Assembly: GCA_041496385.1 (NCBI GenBank)
Contig: JBGQEL010000013.1
Location: forward strand, 1 to 64,000
DNA from: Candidatus Methylomirabilia bacterium
GTDB taxonomy: Bacteria; Methylomirabilota; Methylomirabilia; Rokubacteriales; CSP1-6
DNA: 64,000 nucleotides
Reading direction: 5' to 3'
Position 1 is the first letter of the stretch, and each line of letters starts with the position of its first letter. A program made the position numbers and the translations under genes. The notes below the pieces were generated by a model. The model searched no databases and had not been told where the DNA came from. It was given only the letters and a program-made list of their open reading frames with translations. Positions 8,292 through 17,660 of the stretch are shown piece after piece.

Positions 8292-10913
8292 CTAGCGTCT
8301 GCCGTAGAGCCGGCGGTACTCGTCCCAGGACAGCAGGACGCGCTTCACGTAGTGGCGCGTCTCGTCGTAGGGGATCTGCTCGATGAACGCCTCGACGTCG
8401 TCGGTACGCCGGGCCGTCCACCACTGGCGCACGCGCTGGGGCCCGGCGTTGTAGGCGGCGAGCGCCAGGCGCGTATCGCCGAACTCGCGCACGAGCCCGG
8501 CGAGGAAGCGCGAGCCGAGCCGGAGGTTCTCCGCCGGATCGTCGAGCAGCTCGCCGTTGCGGAACGCGAGCCCCCGGACCCGGGCCATCGGCGCCGCGGT
8601 GCCCGGCATCAGCTGCATGAGGCCCCGCGCGCCCGTGCGCGAGCGCGCGCGCGGATGGTAGCTCGACTCCTCGCGCACGACTGCGGCGACCAGGGAGGGG
8701 TCGAGACCGGAGGCCTCGGCGGCCTCGGTCAGCTCGGCGCGCCAGCCGAGCGGGTAGAACATCTCCCAGAAGGCGCGCGGGAGCCCGGGATCGTCCGTGG
8801 ACGCGAGCGGCGCCAGGTAGCGGCGGAAGATCCTGAGCGCGAGGTGATAGCGCTCCTCCCGCGTGTAGACGCTCGACAGCAGGTAGAGCCGCGCGGGATC
8901 GCCGGCCAGCCGCGGCGCCATCTCCTCCAGCTCCTGGAAAGCGTATTCGACGAGGCCGATGCGGCGCAGCAGGTCGACGCGCGCGAACGCGGGATCGCCC
9001 GCGACGGCCAGGGCGGGCTCGGCCGGCAGCGTGACGTCCGCCCTGGCGCCGTTCACCGGCGGCGCGGTCGCGCGGGCCGCGGCGAGCACGCCGTAGTAGG
9101 TGCGGGGCCCCTCGGCGAGGACGTCGCGGTAGTGGCGCTCGGCGCCGGCGCGCTCACCCACCCGCTCGCGCGCGCGGCCCGCCCAGTAGAGCGCGGCGAT
9201 CCGGTAGGCGCGGTCGCCGCCGGGCGCCGCGGCGCGCGCCCAGCTCTCGCCGGCGCCGCGCGCGTCGCCCTTGAACCAGGCGAGCCAGCCGAGCCGCCAG
9301 AGCGACGCGGCGGCCACCTCGCGCGTGGGATAACGCGCCGCCACCACGCGGTAGGCGTCAATCGCCTCGGCCGGGCGATCCATCTCGTCGAGCAGACGCG
9401 CGCGCTGGTAGAGCGCCTCGGAGGCCTCGGCGGCGCCGCCCGTGGCCGCGACCTCGAGGCAGAGGGCGAGCGCTTGCCGTCGCTGGCCCGCGCGCGCGAG
9501 GAACCGCGCCCGCTCGAGCTGGAGCGCGGGCTTCTGGTCCGCGGGAACGCGCGCCACCGCCTGCCCGAGGGCGCGCGCGCCGAACTCCCAGCGCCCGAGC
9601 CGGCGTGCCGCCTCGGCGGCGAGCCGGAGCGCGCGGAGCGCCACGGTGTCGTCCCGCGCCTCGGCGATGAGCCGGTCGGCCTCCTCGGCCGCCTGGCCCG
9701 GCACGCCGCCGCGCAGGAGGCGCTCCGCGCGCTCGAGCCGCTGCGACGGGGTGAAGGGCGTGACGCGGACGCCCGCCGCCATGAGCGCGGCCAGGCGGTC
9801 GGCGGCGCCGTCGGCGTAGCCGCTCGCGGGGAGCACGAGCTGCAGCTCGCGATAGGTCAGCGCCGCGAGGTCGCGCTGGCCGCGCGCCTCCGCGCCCAGC
9901 GCCAGGAGGTAGAGGGCCTCGGCCACCTCGGGCGCGTCGGGATACCGGGCCACGAGGCGCGCCAGCAACGGTTGCGCCTCGGCCTCGTCGCCCGCGCGAT
10001 CGGCGAGCAGCGCGGCGAGCAGCAGCGCGCGCGGTGCCAGGCGGCTCTCGCTCCAGCGGGCCGCGACGCCCGCCGCCGCCGCGCGCGCGGCGGCGAGGTC
10101 GCCGTCGCGGGCGAGCGCCTCGGCGAGCAGGTAGTGCGCGGAGTCGCCGATCGCGCTCTCACGCGCGGCCGCGCCGCCGAACTCGCGGACGAGGGGCCCG
10201 GCGTCCCCCTGCTGGTAGGCCTCCACCGCCTGCGCCCAGGCGCGCTCGAGCTCGGGCGTCGGGGGCGGCGGCGCCTGCGCGGCGGCCGCGGCGGGGCCCA
10301 GCAGCAGCGCGGCGAGCGCGAGCCCGCGGAGCAGCGCCGCGTCGCGCACCGCCCGGCGCGTGAACGCGATGCGCTGGAGCGCCGTGAGGTTCGAGAAGAT
10401 CGCGAGGACCCAGAGCGCCGGCTCGAGCAGGTTCAGGACGGCGCCCGCGATGAGGCAGATCAGCCGCTCCGGCCGCTCCATCATCCCGACCGTGCAGGTG
10501 ACCCCGATCGACTCGGCGCGCGCCTTCGTGTAGCTGACCATCATGGAGCCGATGAGCCCCGCCATCGCGACGCCGGCGCCGCGCGCGTTGGGCGTGCGCG
10601 CGAACAGGACGACGATGCCCAGCATGACGACGAGGTCCGAGTAGCGGTCGATCACCGAGTCGAGGAACCCGCCGAACGCGGTGACCTGCCCCGACACCCG
10701 TGCGAGCGCGCCGTCGAAGAAATCGCAGAGGCCCGCGACGATGAGGAGCAGGCCGGCCGGCCGCGTCTGCCCGGCGACGAACGCGCTCGCCGCGAGCACG
10801 CTCACCCCGAAACCGAGCACGGTGAGATGGTTCGGGCGCAGGTGCAGCCGGAAGAGCGCCCGGCCGACCGGCTCGGTCCACGTGCGGACGGGCTCGCGGT
10901 AGCGTCCGAGCAT
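8292..10913 (-). CDS. fusion: CDP-alcohol phosphatidyltransferase + TPR-like repeats + soluble lytic transglycosylase (Slt)
   Basis: DFFDGALAR...GGFLDSVIDRYSD and YTKARAES...ERPER at the N-terminus; REESSY, GARGLMQLMP, AYNAGP, ETRHYVKRV at the C-terminus; one uninterrupted frame from ATG 10913. Confidence 0.85.
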   Translation of the reverse strand: MLGRYREPVRTWTEPVGRALFRLHLRPNHLTVLGFGVSVLAASAFVAGQTRPAGLLLIVAGLCDFFDGALARVSGQVTAFGGFLDSVIDRYSDLVVMLGIVVLFARTPNARGAGVAMAGLIGSMMVSYTKARAESIGVTCTVGMMERPERLICLIAGAVLNLLEPALWVLAIFSNLTALQRIAFTRRAVRDAALLRGLALAALLLGPAAAAAQAPPPPTPELERAWAQAVEAYQQGDAGPLVREFGGAAARESAIGDSAHYLLAEALARDGDLAAARAAAAGVAARWSESRLAPRALLLAALLADRAGDEAEAQPLLARLVARYPDAPEVAEALYLLALGAEARGQRDLAALTYRELQLVLPASGYADGAADRLAALMAAGVRVTPFTPSQRLERAERLLRGGVPGQAAEEADRLIAEARDDTVALRALRLAAEAARRLGRWEFGARALGQAVARVPADQKPALQLERARFLARAGQRRQALALCLEVAATGGAAEASEALYQRARLLDEMDRPAEAIDAYRVVAARYPTREVAAASLWRLGWLAWFKGDARGAGESWARAAAPGGDRAYRIAALYWAGRARERVGERAGAERHYRDVLAEGPRTYYGVLAAARATAPPVNGARADVTLPAEPALAVAGDPAFARVDLLRRIGLVEYAFQELEEMAPRLAGDPARLYLLSSVYTREERYHLALRIFRRYLAPLASTDDPGLPRAFWEMFYPLGWRAELTEAAEASGLDPSLVAAVVREESSYHPRARSRTGARGLMQLMPGTAAPMARVRGLAFRNGELLDDPAENLRLGSRFLAGLVREFGDTRLALAAYNAGPQRVRQWWTARRTDDVEAFIEQIPYDETRHYVKRVLLSWDEYRRLYGRR

Positions 10914-10915
10914 CG

Positions 10916-13594
10916 TCAGATCGGCTCGGCCAGCGCCTGCGCGAGCGCCGCGCGGGCCCGCTCGAGCGCCTCGGGATCGTCGACCTTCCGGCCCTGGCGG
11001 TCCTGCACGTAGAAGGTGTCGAGGGCCTGATCGATCTCGGTGGCGATGCGGGCGCTCGCGATGTCGAGCTCGAGCCCTGCCAGCGTCTTGGTGATGAGAT
11101 AGAGGAGTCCCACGCGGTCGGGACACTTCACCTCGAGGACGGTGGCCGTGTCCGACAGGCGGTTGTCGAGCGCGATCTTCGGCGGGCCCCCGGGGCGCTG
11201 CGCCGCCCGGCCGGCCGCGCGCCGCTTCGCGAGCAGCGCCTCGACCGACTGCTCGCCGGTGATCACCGCGCGGAGCCCGTCGAGCGTGCGCGCCCAGAGG
11301 GCCGAGGAGGTGACGACCTCGCTCGTCGGGTCGTTCACCTGCAAGGTGTCGATCGCGATCCCGTCGGCGCGCGTGTGGATCTGCGCCGAGATGATGTTGA
11401 CGCCGTGGGCCGCGAGCGCGCCCGCGATGAGCGAGAAGAGGCCGGGGACGTCGCGGGTGACGACGACCAGGTCCGACGAGCCGAGATCCGGATGGTGGAA
11501 GAGCGCGGTCGCCACCCGCCCCTCGGCGAGATCCTGGAGCATGCGGATGTGCTCGGCCATCCGCTGGACCCCGGTCGCCTCCAGATAGCGGTCGGACATC
11601 ATGGCGAGGTGCGCCTTGACCGCCTGGAGGTCCAGCTCCCCCTTCGCGGCCTCCTGCAGCCGTTCGGCCAGCTGCACCCGGCTCGGCTTCTCGAGGCGGC
11701 CCCCCGCGAGCTGGGCGAGCGTGCGCGTGTAGAGCTCGTGGAGGATCTGCGCCTGCCAGGGCGTCAGCACCCCGGGCCCGACCGCCCGCATGTCCGCGTA
11801 GGTCAGGCAGTACAGCATGTGCAGCCGCTGCGGGTCGCCCACCGTCGTCGCGAAATCGGCGATGGTCTTCGGGTCGTGGATGTCCCGCCGCTGCGCGATG
11901 TGGGACATCGTCAGGTGGTGCGCGACGAGGAACTGGACCGCCGCGGCGTCCGCGGGGGAAAGCCCCATCCGCGCGGTCAGCTCGCGGCAGAGCGGAATGC
12001 CCTTGGCGACGTGGCCGTGGCCCTTCGCCTTGCCGATGTCGTGCAGGAGCATGCCGAGCATCACGAGCTCGGGCTTCTCGATCTCGGTGAAGACGCGCGC
12101 GGCGCCCTCGGACTCCGCCGACTGGCCGGGCGCCAGCGCCTCGAGGTGCTCGACGGCGAGGAGCGAGTGCTGGTCGGCCGAGAACTTGTGATAGACGTCA
12201 TACTGCACGAGGCAGGTGAGCGCGCCGAACTCGGGCAGGTAGCGCCCGAGGAGGCCGAGCTCGTGCATCTCCGAGAAGGTCTGCGCCACGCGTCCCCAGC
12301 TCCGGCAGACGTCGAGGAAGAGGTCGCGCACCGCGTCCGAGCGCCGGAACGCGTCGTCCACGAGGTGCAGCGCGTCCTCGACCGCGCGCTCGAGATCGAG
12401 CGACAGCTCGCAGCCGAGGCGGTGGAGGTGCCAGAAGACCTTCATGAGCCGCGCCGGCTCGGCCCGGAGCGGCGTCGGATCGCGGTCCACCAGGTGCAGG
12501 CGCCCGTCGAAGAAGACGAGGCCGTCGGCCAGCGCCTGCTGGCGCTGGCGGCGCTCGGCGGAGCCCCGCCGCGAGAGCGTCTCCTGGCAGCGGGCGATGA
12601 GCCGCTTCGAGACCCGGTGGAGGACCCGCGCGTGCAGGTAGTACTCGCGCATGAAGCGCTCGACGCCCAGCGACTTGTCGTCGTTCTCGTAGCCGAGATT
12701 CTTGGCGATCCGAGGCTGCACGTCGCGCGCGAGCACGTCGTTCTTGTGACCCGAGAAGAAGTGCAGCTCGTTGCGCACGCGCCAGAGGAACGTCAGCGCC
12801 GCGTCGGCCGCGGCCTGCTCGCGCGGCGTGATGAGCCCCTTGTCGGCGAGCTCCCGGAGCGAGCGCGCGCCGAACTTCGCCGCCGCGAGCCACATGGCCG
12901 TGTGCATGTCGCGCAGCCCGCCCGCCGACTCCTTGAGGTTCGGCTCGCCGATGTAGGGCGAGGCCCCGAACTTCCGGTAGCGCTGGTCGCGCTCGGCGAG
13001 CGTCGTCTCGAGGAACTTCCCGAAGTCGCGGCGGTACACGTTCTCGCGCAGGACGCGCTGGAAGCGCGCGAACAGCCGGCGGTCGCCGGCGAGGAAGCGT
13101 GCCTCCTGCATCGAGGTCCGGCTCGGGAAGTCCGTGCGCGCCATCGCCACGCAGTCGTCGAGCGAGCGCAGGCTGTGGCCGATGTGGAGCCCCAGATCCC
13201 AGAGCGAGTAGAGGAGCTCCTGCATCATCCGCTGGACGTACGGCGTGATCTCGCCGTCGTAGATCACCATGAGGTCGATGTCCGAGAGCGGGTGCAGCTC
13301 GCCGCGGCCGTAGCCGCCGAGCGCCATGACGACGAGCGGCGTCGCCGTGAGCCCGTCGGCGGTCGCGTCGGCGGCGACGAGCCGCGTCAGCGAGGCGATC
13401 ACCTTGTCCATCAGGAGCGCGTAGGTGCGGACGGATTCCTGCCCCGACGCGCCCTCGGCGTGCCTGACCTTGAGCGCGTCGAATCCCTCGGCGAGGGCCT
13501 GACGGAAGAACTCGAGCCGGATGCGCCGCCGGTCGGGGGCGCGCCCCGCCTTCGCCTCGGCGCGCCGGGCCCGGCGATACAGCTCGACCGACAT
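10916..13594 (-). CDS. glnD: [protein-PII] uridylyltransferase/uridylyl-removing enzyme
   Basis: ALGGYGRGELHPLSDIDL, EPNLKESAGGLRD, LLHDIGK (HD domain), two C-terminal ACT domains (DVPGLF, DRVGLL). Confidence 0.95.
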   Translation of the reverse strand: MSVELYRRARRAEAKAGRAPDRRRIRLEFFRQALAEGFDALKVRHAEGASGQESVRTYALLMDKVIASLTRLVAADATADGLTATPLVVMALGGYGRGELHPLSDIDLMVIYDGEITPYVQRMMQELLYSLWDLGLHIGHSLRSLDDCVAMARTDFPSRTSMQEARFLAGDRRLFARFQRVLRENVYRRDFGKFLETTLAERDQRYRKFGASPYIGEPNLKESAGGLRDMHTAMWLAAAKFGARSLRELADKGLITPREQAAADAALTFLWRVRNELHFFSGHKNDVLARDVQPRIAKNLGYENDDKSLGVERFMREYYLHARVLHRVSKRLIARCQETLSRRGSAERRQRQQALADGLVFFDGRLHLVDRDPTPLRAEPARLMKVFWHLHRLGCELSLDLERAVEDALHLVDDAFRRSDAVRDLFLDVCRSWGRVAQTFSEMHELGLLGRYLPEFGALTCLVQYDVYHKFSADQHSLLAVEHLEALAPGQSAESEGAARVFTEIEKPELVMLGMLLHDIGKAKGHGHVAKGIPLCRELTARMGLSPADAAAVQFLVAHHLTMSHIAQRRDIHDPKTIADFATTVGDPQRLHMLYCLTYADMRAVGPGVLTPWQAQILHELYTRTLAQLAGGRLEKPSRVQLAERLQEAAKGELDLQAVKAHLAMMSDRYLEATGVQRMAEHIRMLQDLAEGRVATALFHHPDLGSSDLVVVTRDVPGLFSLIAGALAAHGVNIISAQIHTRADGIAIDTLQVNDPTSEVVTSSALWARTLDGLRAVITGEQSVEALLAKRRAAGRAAQRPGGPPKIALDNRLSDTATVLEVKCPDRVGLLYLITKTLAGLELDIASARIATEIDQALDTFYVQDRQGRKVDDPEALERARAALAQALAEPI

Positions 13595-13603
13595 GACGCC
13601 GTG

Positions 13604-13656
13604 AGCGTAGCAACCGCGCACGAACACTGTCAAACAGGGGGCCAACTGACTAGAAT
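13604..13656. promoter_or_regulatory. divergent sigma70-type promoters for glnD and hisC
   Basis: Minus: TTGACA (13633-13628), 18 nt, TGC-TACGCT (13609-13604). Plus: TAGAAT (13651-13656), 6 nt before the hisC GTG. Confidence 0.6.
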
Positions 13657-13662
13657 GGGCGC

Positions 13663-14739
13663 GTGAGGAGCATCTGGCGCCGGAGCCTCGAGACCCTGGT
13701 CCCCTACGACGCGGGCAAGTCGCTGGAGCAGCTCGCGCGCGAGCTGGGCGTGGGCGAGCTCGCCCGCCTCTCGGCGAACGAGAACCCGTTCGGGCCCTGG
13801 CCGCGGGTGATCGAGGCGGTCGCGCGCGAGGCGGCGCGCGTCCACCTCTACCCCGACGGTGGCGCCACCGCGCTCCGCGAGGCCCTCGCGTGGCGCCTCG
13901 GCACCGCGCCCGACCAGATCGTCGTCGGCAACGGCGCCGACGAGCTGATCGGCCTCCTCGCGCAGGCCGCGTTCGAGCCCGGCGACGAGGTCGTCGTGCC
14001 CGAGCCCTCGTTCGAGCCCTACTCGACCTCCGTGATCATCGCGGGGGCGCGCGCCGTGGCGAGCCCGCTCGCCGGCTACGAGACCGACCTCGAGGACATG
14101 CGGCGCAAGGTGACCGGCCGGACCAAGGCGGTCATCCTCTGCTCGCCCCACAACCCCGCGGGAACGATCGTGCGCGCCGCGCCGCTCGGCGCCTTCCTCG
14201 ACGCGCTCGGCGACGATCCGCCGCTCGTGATCCTCGACGAGGCCTACTTCGACTTCGTCGACGACCCGGAGTACCCCGACGGCGTGGCGCTGCTCCGGCG
14301 CCACCCGCGGCTCCTCGTGCTCCGTACCTTTTCCAAGATCGCCGCCCTCGCCGGCCTGCGCGTGGGCTACGCGGTCGGGAGCATCGAGACGATCACCTGG
14401 CTCAACCGCGTCCGCGAGCCCTACAACGTCAACCGCCTGGGCCAGGTCGCGGCGCTCGCCGCCCTCGAGGACCGGGAGCACTGGGCCGAGTCGCGCCGGC
14501 GGCTCCTCGAGGAGCGCCGGTTCCTGGCCGAAGGGCTCGGCAAGCGCGGCTACGCCTTCCCGCCGTCCCATGCGAACTTCCTCCTCGTCAAGGTGCCCGA
14601 CGCCGTGGCGCTCCGCGCGCGGCTCATGCGCGCGGGCATCCTCGTGCGCGACGGCGCGGGCGTGGGCTTCCCGGGCCACCTCCGGATCTCGGTCGGCCTG
14701 CGCGAGACCAACGAGCGGCTGCTCGCGCTTCTCTCCTGA
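13663..14739 (+). CDS. hisC: histidinol-phosphate aminotransferase
   Basis: LSANENP, YPDG, GNGADE, PHNPAG, DEAY, RTFSKIAALAGLRVGY (PLP lysine). Confidence 0.92.
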   Translation: MRSIWRRSLETLVPYDAGKSLEQLARELGVGELARLSANENPFGPWPRVIEAVAREAARVHLYPDGGATALREALAWRLGTAPDQIVVGNGADELIGLLAQAAFEPGDEVVVPEPSFEPYSTSVIIAGARAVASPLAGYETDLEDMRRKVTGRTKAVILCSPHNPAGTIVRAAPLGAFLDALGDDPPLVILDEAYFDFVDDPEYPDGVALLRRHPRLLVLRTFSKIAALAGLRVGYAVGSIETITWLNRVREPYNVNRLGQVAALAALEDREHWAESRRRLLEERRFLAEGLGKRGYAFPPSHANFLLVKVPDAVALRARLMRAGILVRDGAGVGFPGHLRISVGLRETNERLLALLS

Positions 14740-14902
14740 CGCCCCGGATCGCCGGGCGCCCGGGCGAGGGGTCAGCGGACCACGCGGCACGCGGGCGCTG
14801 CCCTGCTGTTGCTGGGCTCCATCCGAGGGCGCGATCTCCGACGCCGCGTGGCAGGAACGGGTCCTTACGACCCCTCGCCCGGGCGCCCGGCGATCCGGGG
14901 CG
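14740..14902. repeat. structured intergenic element E1 (perfect 34-bp inverted arms around a conserved core); candidate ncRNA/REP-like element
   Basis: 14740-14773 is the exact reverse complement of 14869-14902; core shares ordered blocks with 23426-23534. Confidence 0.85.
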
Positions 14903-14938
14903 CGGCGTCCACGAGCATAGCGTGGGGCAGCGGGGCGG

Positions 14939-15514
14939 TTAGAAGACGTTGAGGGCGCGGGCGAGGGCGGCGGCGCCGAAGACGAAGAACAACGCGGCCG
15001 CGATCCGGCGCACGAGCGTCATCGGCAGGCGCGCGGCCAGGCGCGCCCCCGCGAACACCGCGAGCCCGTCGGCCGCGAGCATCCCGAGCGTCGTACCCGC
15101 CGTGACGGCGACGGGCGCCGCGTAGCGCGCACCCAGCGCCACCGTCGCGAGCTGGGTCTTGTCGCCCATCTCGGCAAGGAAAAAGATCACCGACGTCGCG
15201 AGGAGCGGGTTCCAGCGGCGTTCCGCCGGCGCCTCCGGGCGGTCGGGCACGAGGGTCCAGACGCCGAAGCCGACGAAGCCCAGCGCCAGGACCCACGCGA
15301 GCACGCGCGCGGGCATCCACGCCGCGAGGAGCGCCCCGAACGAGGACGCGAGCGCGTGGTTGAGCGTCGTCGCGATCAGGATGCCGAGCATCACGACCCA
15401 GGGGCGCCGGTAGCGGGTGGCGAGCGAGAAGGCGATGAGCTGCGTCTTGTCGCCCATCTCGGCGAGCGCGACGACCGCGAAGGAGGCGACGAGCGCGGTG
15501 AGTGACCCGGACAC
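14939..15514 (-). CDS. TMEM165/GDT1 family (UPF0016) cation transporter
   Basis: Two AEMGDKTQL motifs; 6 hydrophobic segments. Confidence 0.92.
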   Translation of the reverse strand: MSGSLTALVASFAVVALAEMGDKTQLIAFSLATRYRRPWVVMLGILIATTLNHALASSFGALLAAWMPARVLAWVLALGFVGFGVWTLVPDRPEAPAERRWNPLLATSVIFFLAEMGDKTQLATVALGARYAAPVAVTAGTTLGMLAADGLAVFAGARLAARLPMTLVRRIAAALFFVFGAAALARALNVF

Positions 15515-15538
15515 TCCGGCCGGGCTCCGGCGGGCGGG

Positions 15539-15847
15539 CTACCGCCGGCGGCGGAGCGCCGCCAGCTCGCGCTCGAGATCCTCCAGGCGCTTGACGAGCG
15601 CGTCGCGCTCGGCGGAGAGCGCGGTGAGCTGCCGCTCGCGCAGGGAGTGACGCTGTTCTTGCTGGGCCAGCTTCGTCTGGAGCTCCGCCTCGCGCGCGTA
15701 GAGCCCCTTCAGCTCGCGCTCGAGGCCCGTGGCCCTGTGCTTGGCCGGCAGGTAGCCGACGAACAGAACGTAGAGCAGGATCGCGGTGAGCAGCACGCTC
15801 GCCGCGACGAGCATCCACGGAAGCCTGGCGCCTGGACGGTCGGCCAC
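15539..15847 (-). CDS. hypothetical protein, N-terminal TM plus coiled coil
   Basis: One hydrophobic helix followed by heptad-rich E/L/R segment. Confidence 0.7.
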   Translation of the reverse strand: MADRPGARLPWMLVAASVLLTAILLYVLFVGYLPAKHRATGLERELKGLYAREAELQTKLAQQEQRHSLRERQLTALSAERDALVKRLEDLERELAALRRRR

Positions 15848-15855
15848 GGGCTCGG

Positions 15856-15881
15856 ATTCTAGCAGATTAATCTGCTATCAT
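15856..15881. promoter_or_regulatory. palindromic bidirectional extended -10 promoter
   Basis: Perfect 18-bp palindrome TAGCAGATTAATCTGCTA (15860-15877) gives TGC-TATCAT on plus and TGC-TAGAAT on minus, 7-8 nt before the GTG of each divergent gene. Confidence 0.65.
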
Positions 15882-15888
15882 CCGGCTC

Positions 15889-16401
15889 GTGGAGCTGCGA
15901 CTGTTTTTCGAGCGCGCGCTCAGGGCGAGCTTCCACGACGTGGCGATCGGCAACGACCCGGCCTCGCCGTACCTGGCCGATCTCCTCAGCCGCTTCGCGC
16001 GTACCGAGAATCTCTTTCCTCCCGGGGTGGCGGTGCCGCGGCTCGAGACGGTCGCCGACATGCTGCTCGAGACACAGGCGGTCTGGCGCGAGGACACGCC
16101 CGCCTGGCAGCCGGAGCGCGAGGTCGCGGTGCGCCGGCACATCGGCGACTTCACGCTCTTCATGACGGGACTCTTCCGCGAGCACGTCGAGCGCACGGCG
16201 TCGACCGGGTACTACATCGCGCAGGGCAAGCGCGCCTACCACTTCGTCTCCGAGTGCGACCGCGCGCGCGGCGGCGGCGCCTCGCTCTACCGGCGGCTGG
16301 GCGACCGCTTCGAGCGCTACGCGGGCGTGCTGGAGTACGCGCGCCGCGTGCACTTCGGCGACGCCCCGCCCCACCCCTTCTTCCGCCTGCACTTCTCATG
16401 A
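15889..16401 (+). CDS. conserved hypothetical protein
   Basis: 170 aa; YLADLLSRF, RHIGDFTLFMTGLF, YYIAQGKRAY; coding codon usage; ATGA overlap with the next gene. Confidence 0.8.
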   Translation: MELRLFFERALRASFHDVAIGNDPASPYLADLLSRFARTENLFPPGVAVPRLETVADMLLETQAVWREDTPAWQPEREVAVRRHIGDFTLFMTGLFREHVERTASTGYYIAQGKRAYHFVSECDRARGGGASLYRRLGDRFERYAGVLEYARRVHFGDAPPHPFFRLHFS

Positions 16402-17495
16402 CGGCGCCGGCGCTCGACGTCGAGCGCCTGCGCGGCCTCGGCGAGGACGCGCTCGACGCGGCGCTCCGCGAGTTCGCCGGCGCGCACGGCGCGGACGCCC
16501 TGCCTGCCCTCACGGACCTCGCGGCGGGCGGCGACCGCGCCCAGCGGCGCGCCGCCAAGCGCGCGCTCTACCGCCTGTCCCAGCGCGGCGTGAGCGCACC
16601 GCCCCGGCCCGCGCGGCGGCCGGTCGTCGAGGCGCGCCCCGAGCGCGCCGCGCGCGCCTGGATCTCGGGCATCGACGGCAGCGGTTCCCGCGCTGCGTGG
16701 GTGGTGTTCGAGGGCGGCTTCGGCGGCGCCCTGCTCTGCTCGCTCATCGTCAACGATACCGTCGGCGTCGTGGACGCGGCCGGCGGCGAAATCACCAAGA
16801 AGCGCCTCGAGGGCGAGCTCGAGGCGCTGCGCGCCTCGCAGAAGCTCCCGTGGGTCGAGACCGAGCCGCTTCGGGTCCTCTCGCTCGTCGCCGAGGCGCT
16901 GGCGCTCCACCGCGAGCAGGGCACGACGCCGCCCGCCGCGTTCGGCCGCTGGCAACGCCTCTTCGAGGGCGCGCGCCCCGCACCGATGGACGCGCCGGCA
17001 GCGGGCGACCCGGCGCTCGTCGAGCGCTCCGCCGCGCTGCTCGAGCTGCCGGAGACGGCGGGATGGTTCCTCGACCCCGAGAGCGTGCAGACCGACGCCC
17101 TGGAGCTCCTCGAGGCGCGCGAGAGCCGCCTCGTCGTCTCCGCGCAGATCAAGGCCGAGCGCCAGGCGGCCATCGTGGATCGCGTCGTCGAGCGCGAGCT
17201 CGCGCCCGCCGCCCGGCGACTCTGGGCCAGGCGCCTCGCCGAGATGGCGTGGATCTTCGCCGCCACCGAGCGCGCGGATCTGGGCGCCATCGCCCGCGCC
17301 GCCGCGGCGAGCCTCGGCGACGCAGCCGCCGACCCGCGCCGCCACGCGTTCGCCCGCGCCCTGGCCCAGCGCGCCCTCGAGGTGGCCGGCGAGGTCGCGG
17401 CGGGGCGCGTCTCCGCCGCCGACGTCAGCCGCAAAGTCGCGCCTCCGTCTCAGGCCCCCCACGGCTCAGCCGGCTATGCAGACCCGGTGGAATGA
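16398..17495 (+). CDS. hypothetical protein (365 aa)
   Basis: ATG overlaps the upstream stop; helical N-terminus (AAKRALYRL), IDGSGSR, GWFLD; C-terminal tail comes from the 84-bp repeat. Confidence 0.75.
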   Translation: MTAPALDVERLRGLGEDALDAALREFAGAHGADALPALTDLAAGGDRAQRRAAKRALYRLSQRGVSAPPRPARRPVVEARPERAARAWISGIDGSGSRAAWVVFEGGFGGALLCSLIVNDTVGVVDAAGGEITKKRLEGELEALRASQKLPWVETEPLRVLSLVAEALALHREQGTTPPAAFGRWQRLFEGARPAPMDAPAAGDPALVERSAALLELPETAGWFLDPESVQTDALELLEARESRLVVSAQIKAERQAAIVDRVVERELAPAARRLWARRLAEMAWIFAATERADLGAIARAAAASLGDAAADPRRHAFARALAQRALEVAGEVAAGRVSAADVSRKVAPPSQAPHGSAGYADPVE

Positions 17496-17660
17496 GCAGC
17501 GTCATGCAGAACGCAGCCGGCTCGCGCCCCTCTCGGGCCACCCGCCGACGACGCCGGCCCCGCGCATCCGGTGGAATGAGCAGCGTCATGCGGAACGCCG
17601 CCGGGGCGCGCCCGTCTCGGGCCACCCACCGGCGACGCCGGCCCCGCGGGCCCCGCTAAA
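17436..17660 (+). repeat. 84-bp tandem repeat (degenerate partial unit + 2 units)
   Basis: 17484-17564 vs 17568-17648: 7 mismatches in 81 nt; related copy at 50350-50421 (minus strand). Confidence 0.9.

Noticed and set aside
2956..13666. Very long antisense or alternate-frame ORFs (e.g. 2956-5796 +, 8262-11012 +, 11375-13666 +, and many similar elsewhere)
   Set aside because: Shadow ORFs expected at this GC content: they mirror well-supported genes, are R/G/A/P-biased and have no recognisable motifs.
14776..14909. HDV-like ribozyme on the minus strand of E1/E2 (GGACC-CGT-TCCTGCC-ACG-N7-GG, with GACGCCG upstream as a P1 partner in E1)
   Set aside because: The J4/2 C-N-R-A strand before the closing GGTCC is missing, E2 has no clean P1 partner, and a competing long hairpin dominates. 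Not supportable without a cleavage assay.
15515..15538. yybP-ykoY Mn riboswitch upstream of the GDT1-family gene
   Set aside because: The spacer is only 24 bp; no room and no motif.
17484..17648. 84-bp repeat as CRISPR (identical first 24 nt plus spacer)
   Set aside because: The would-be spacers are also about 88% identical, so it is a tandem duplication.
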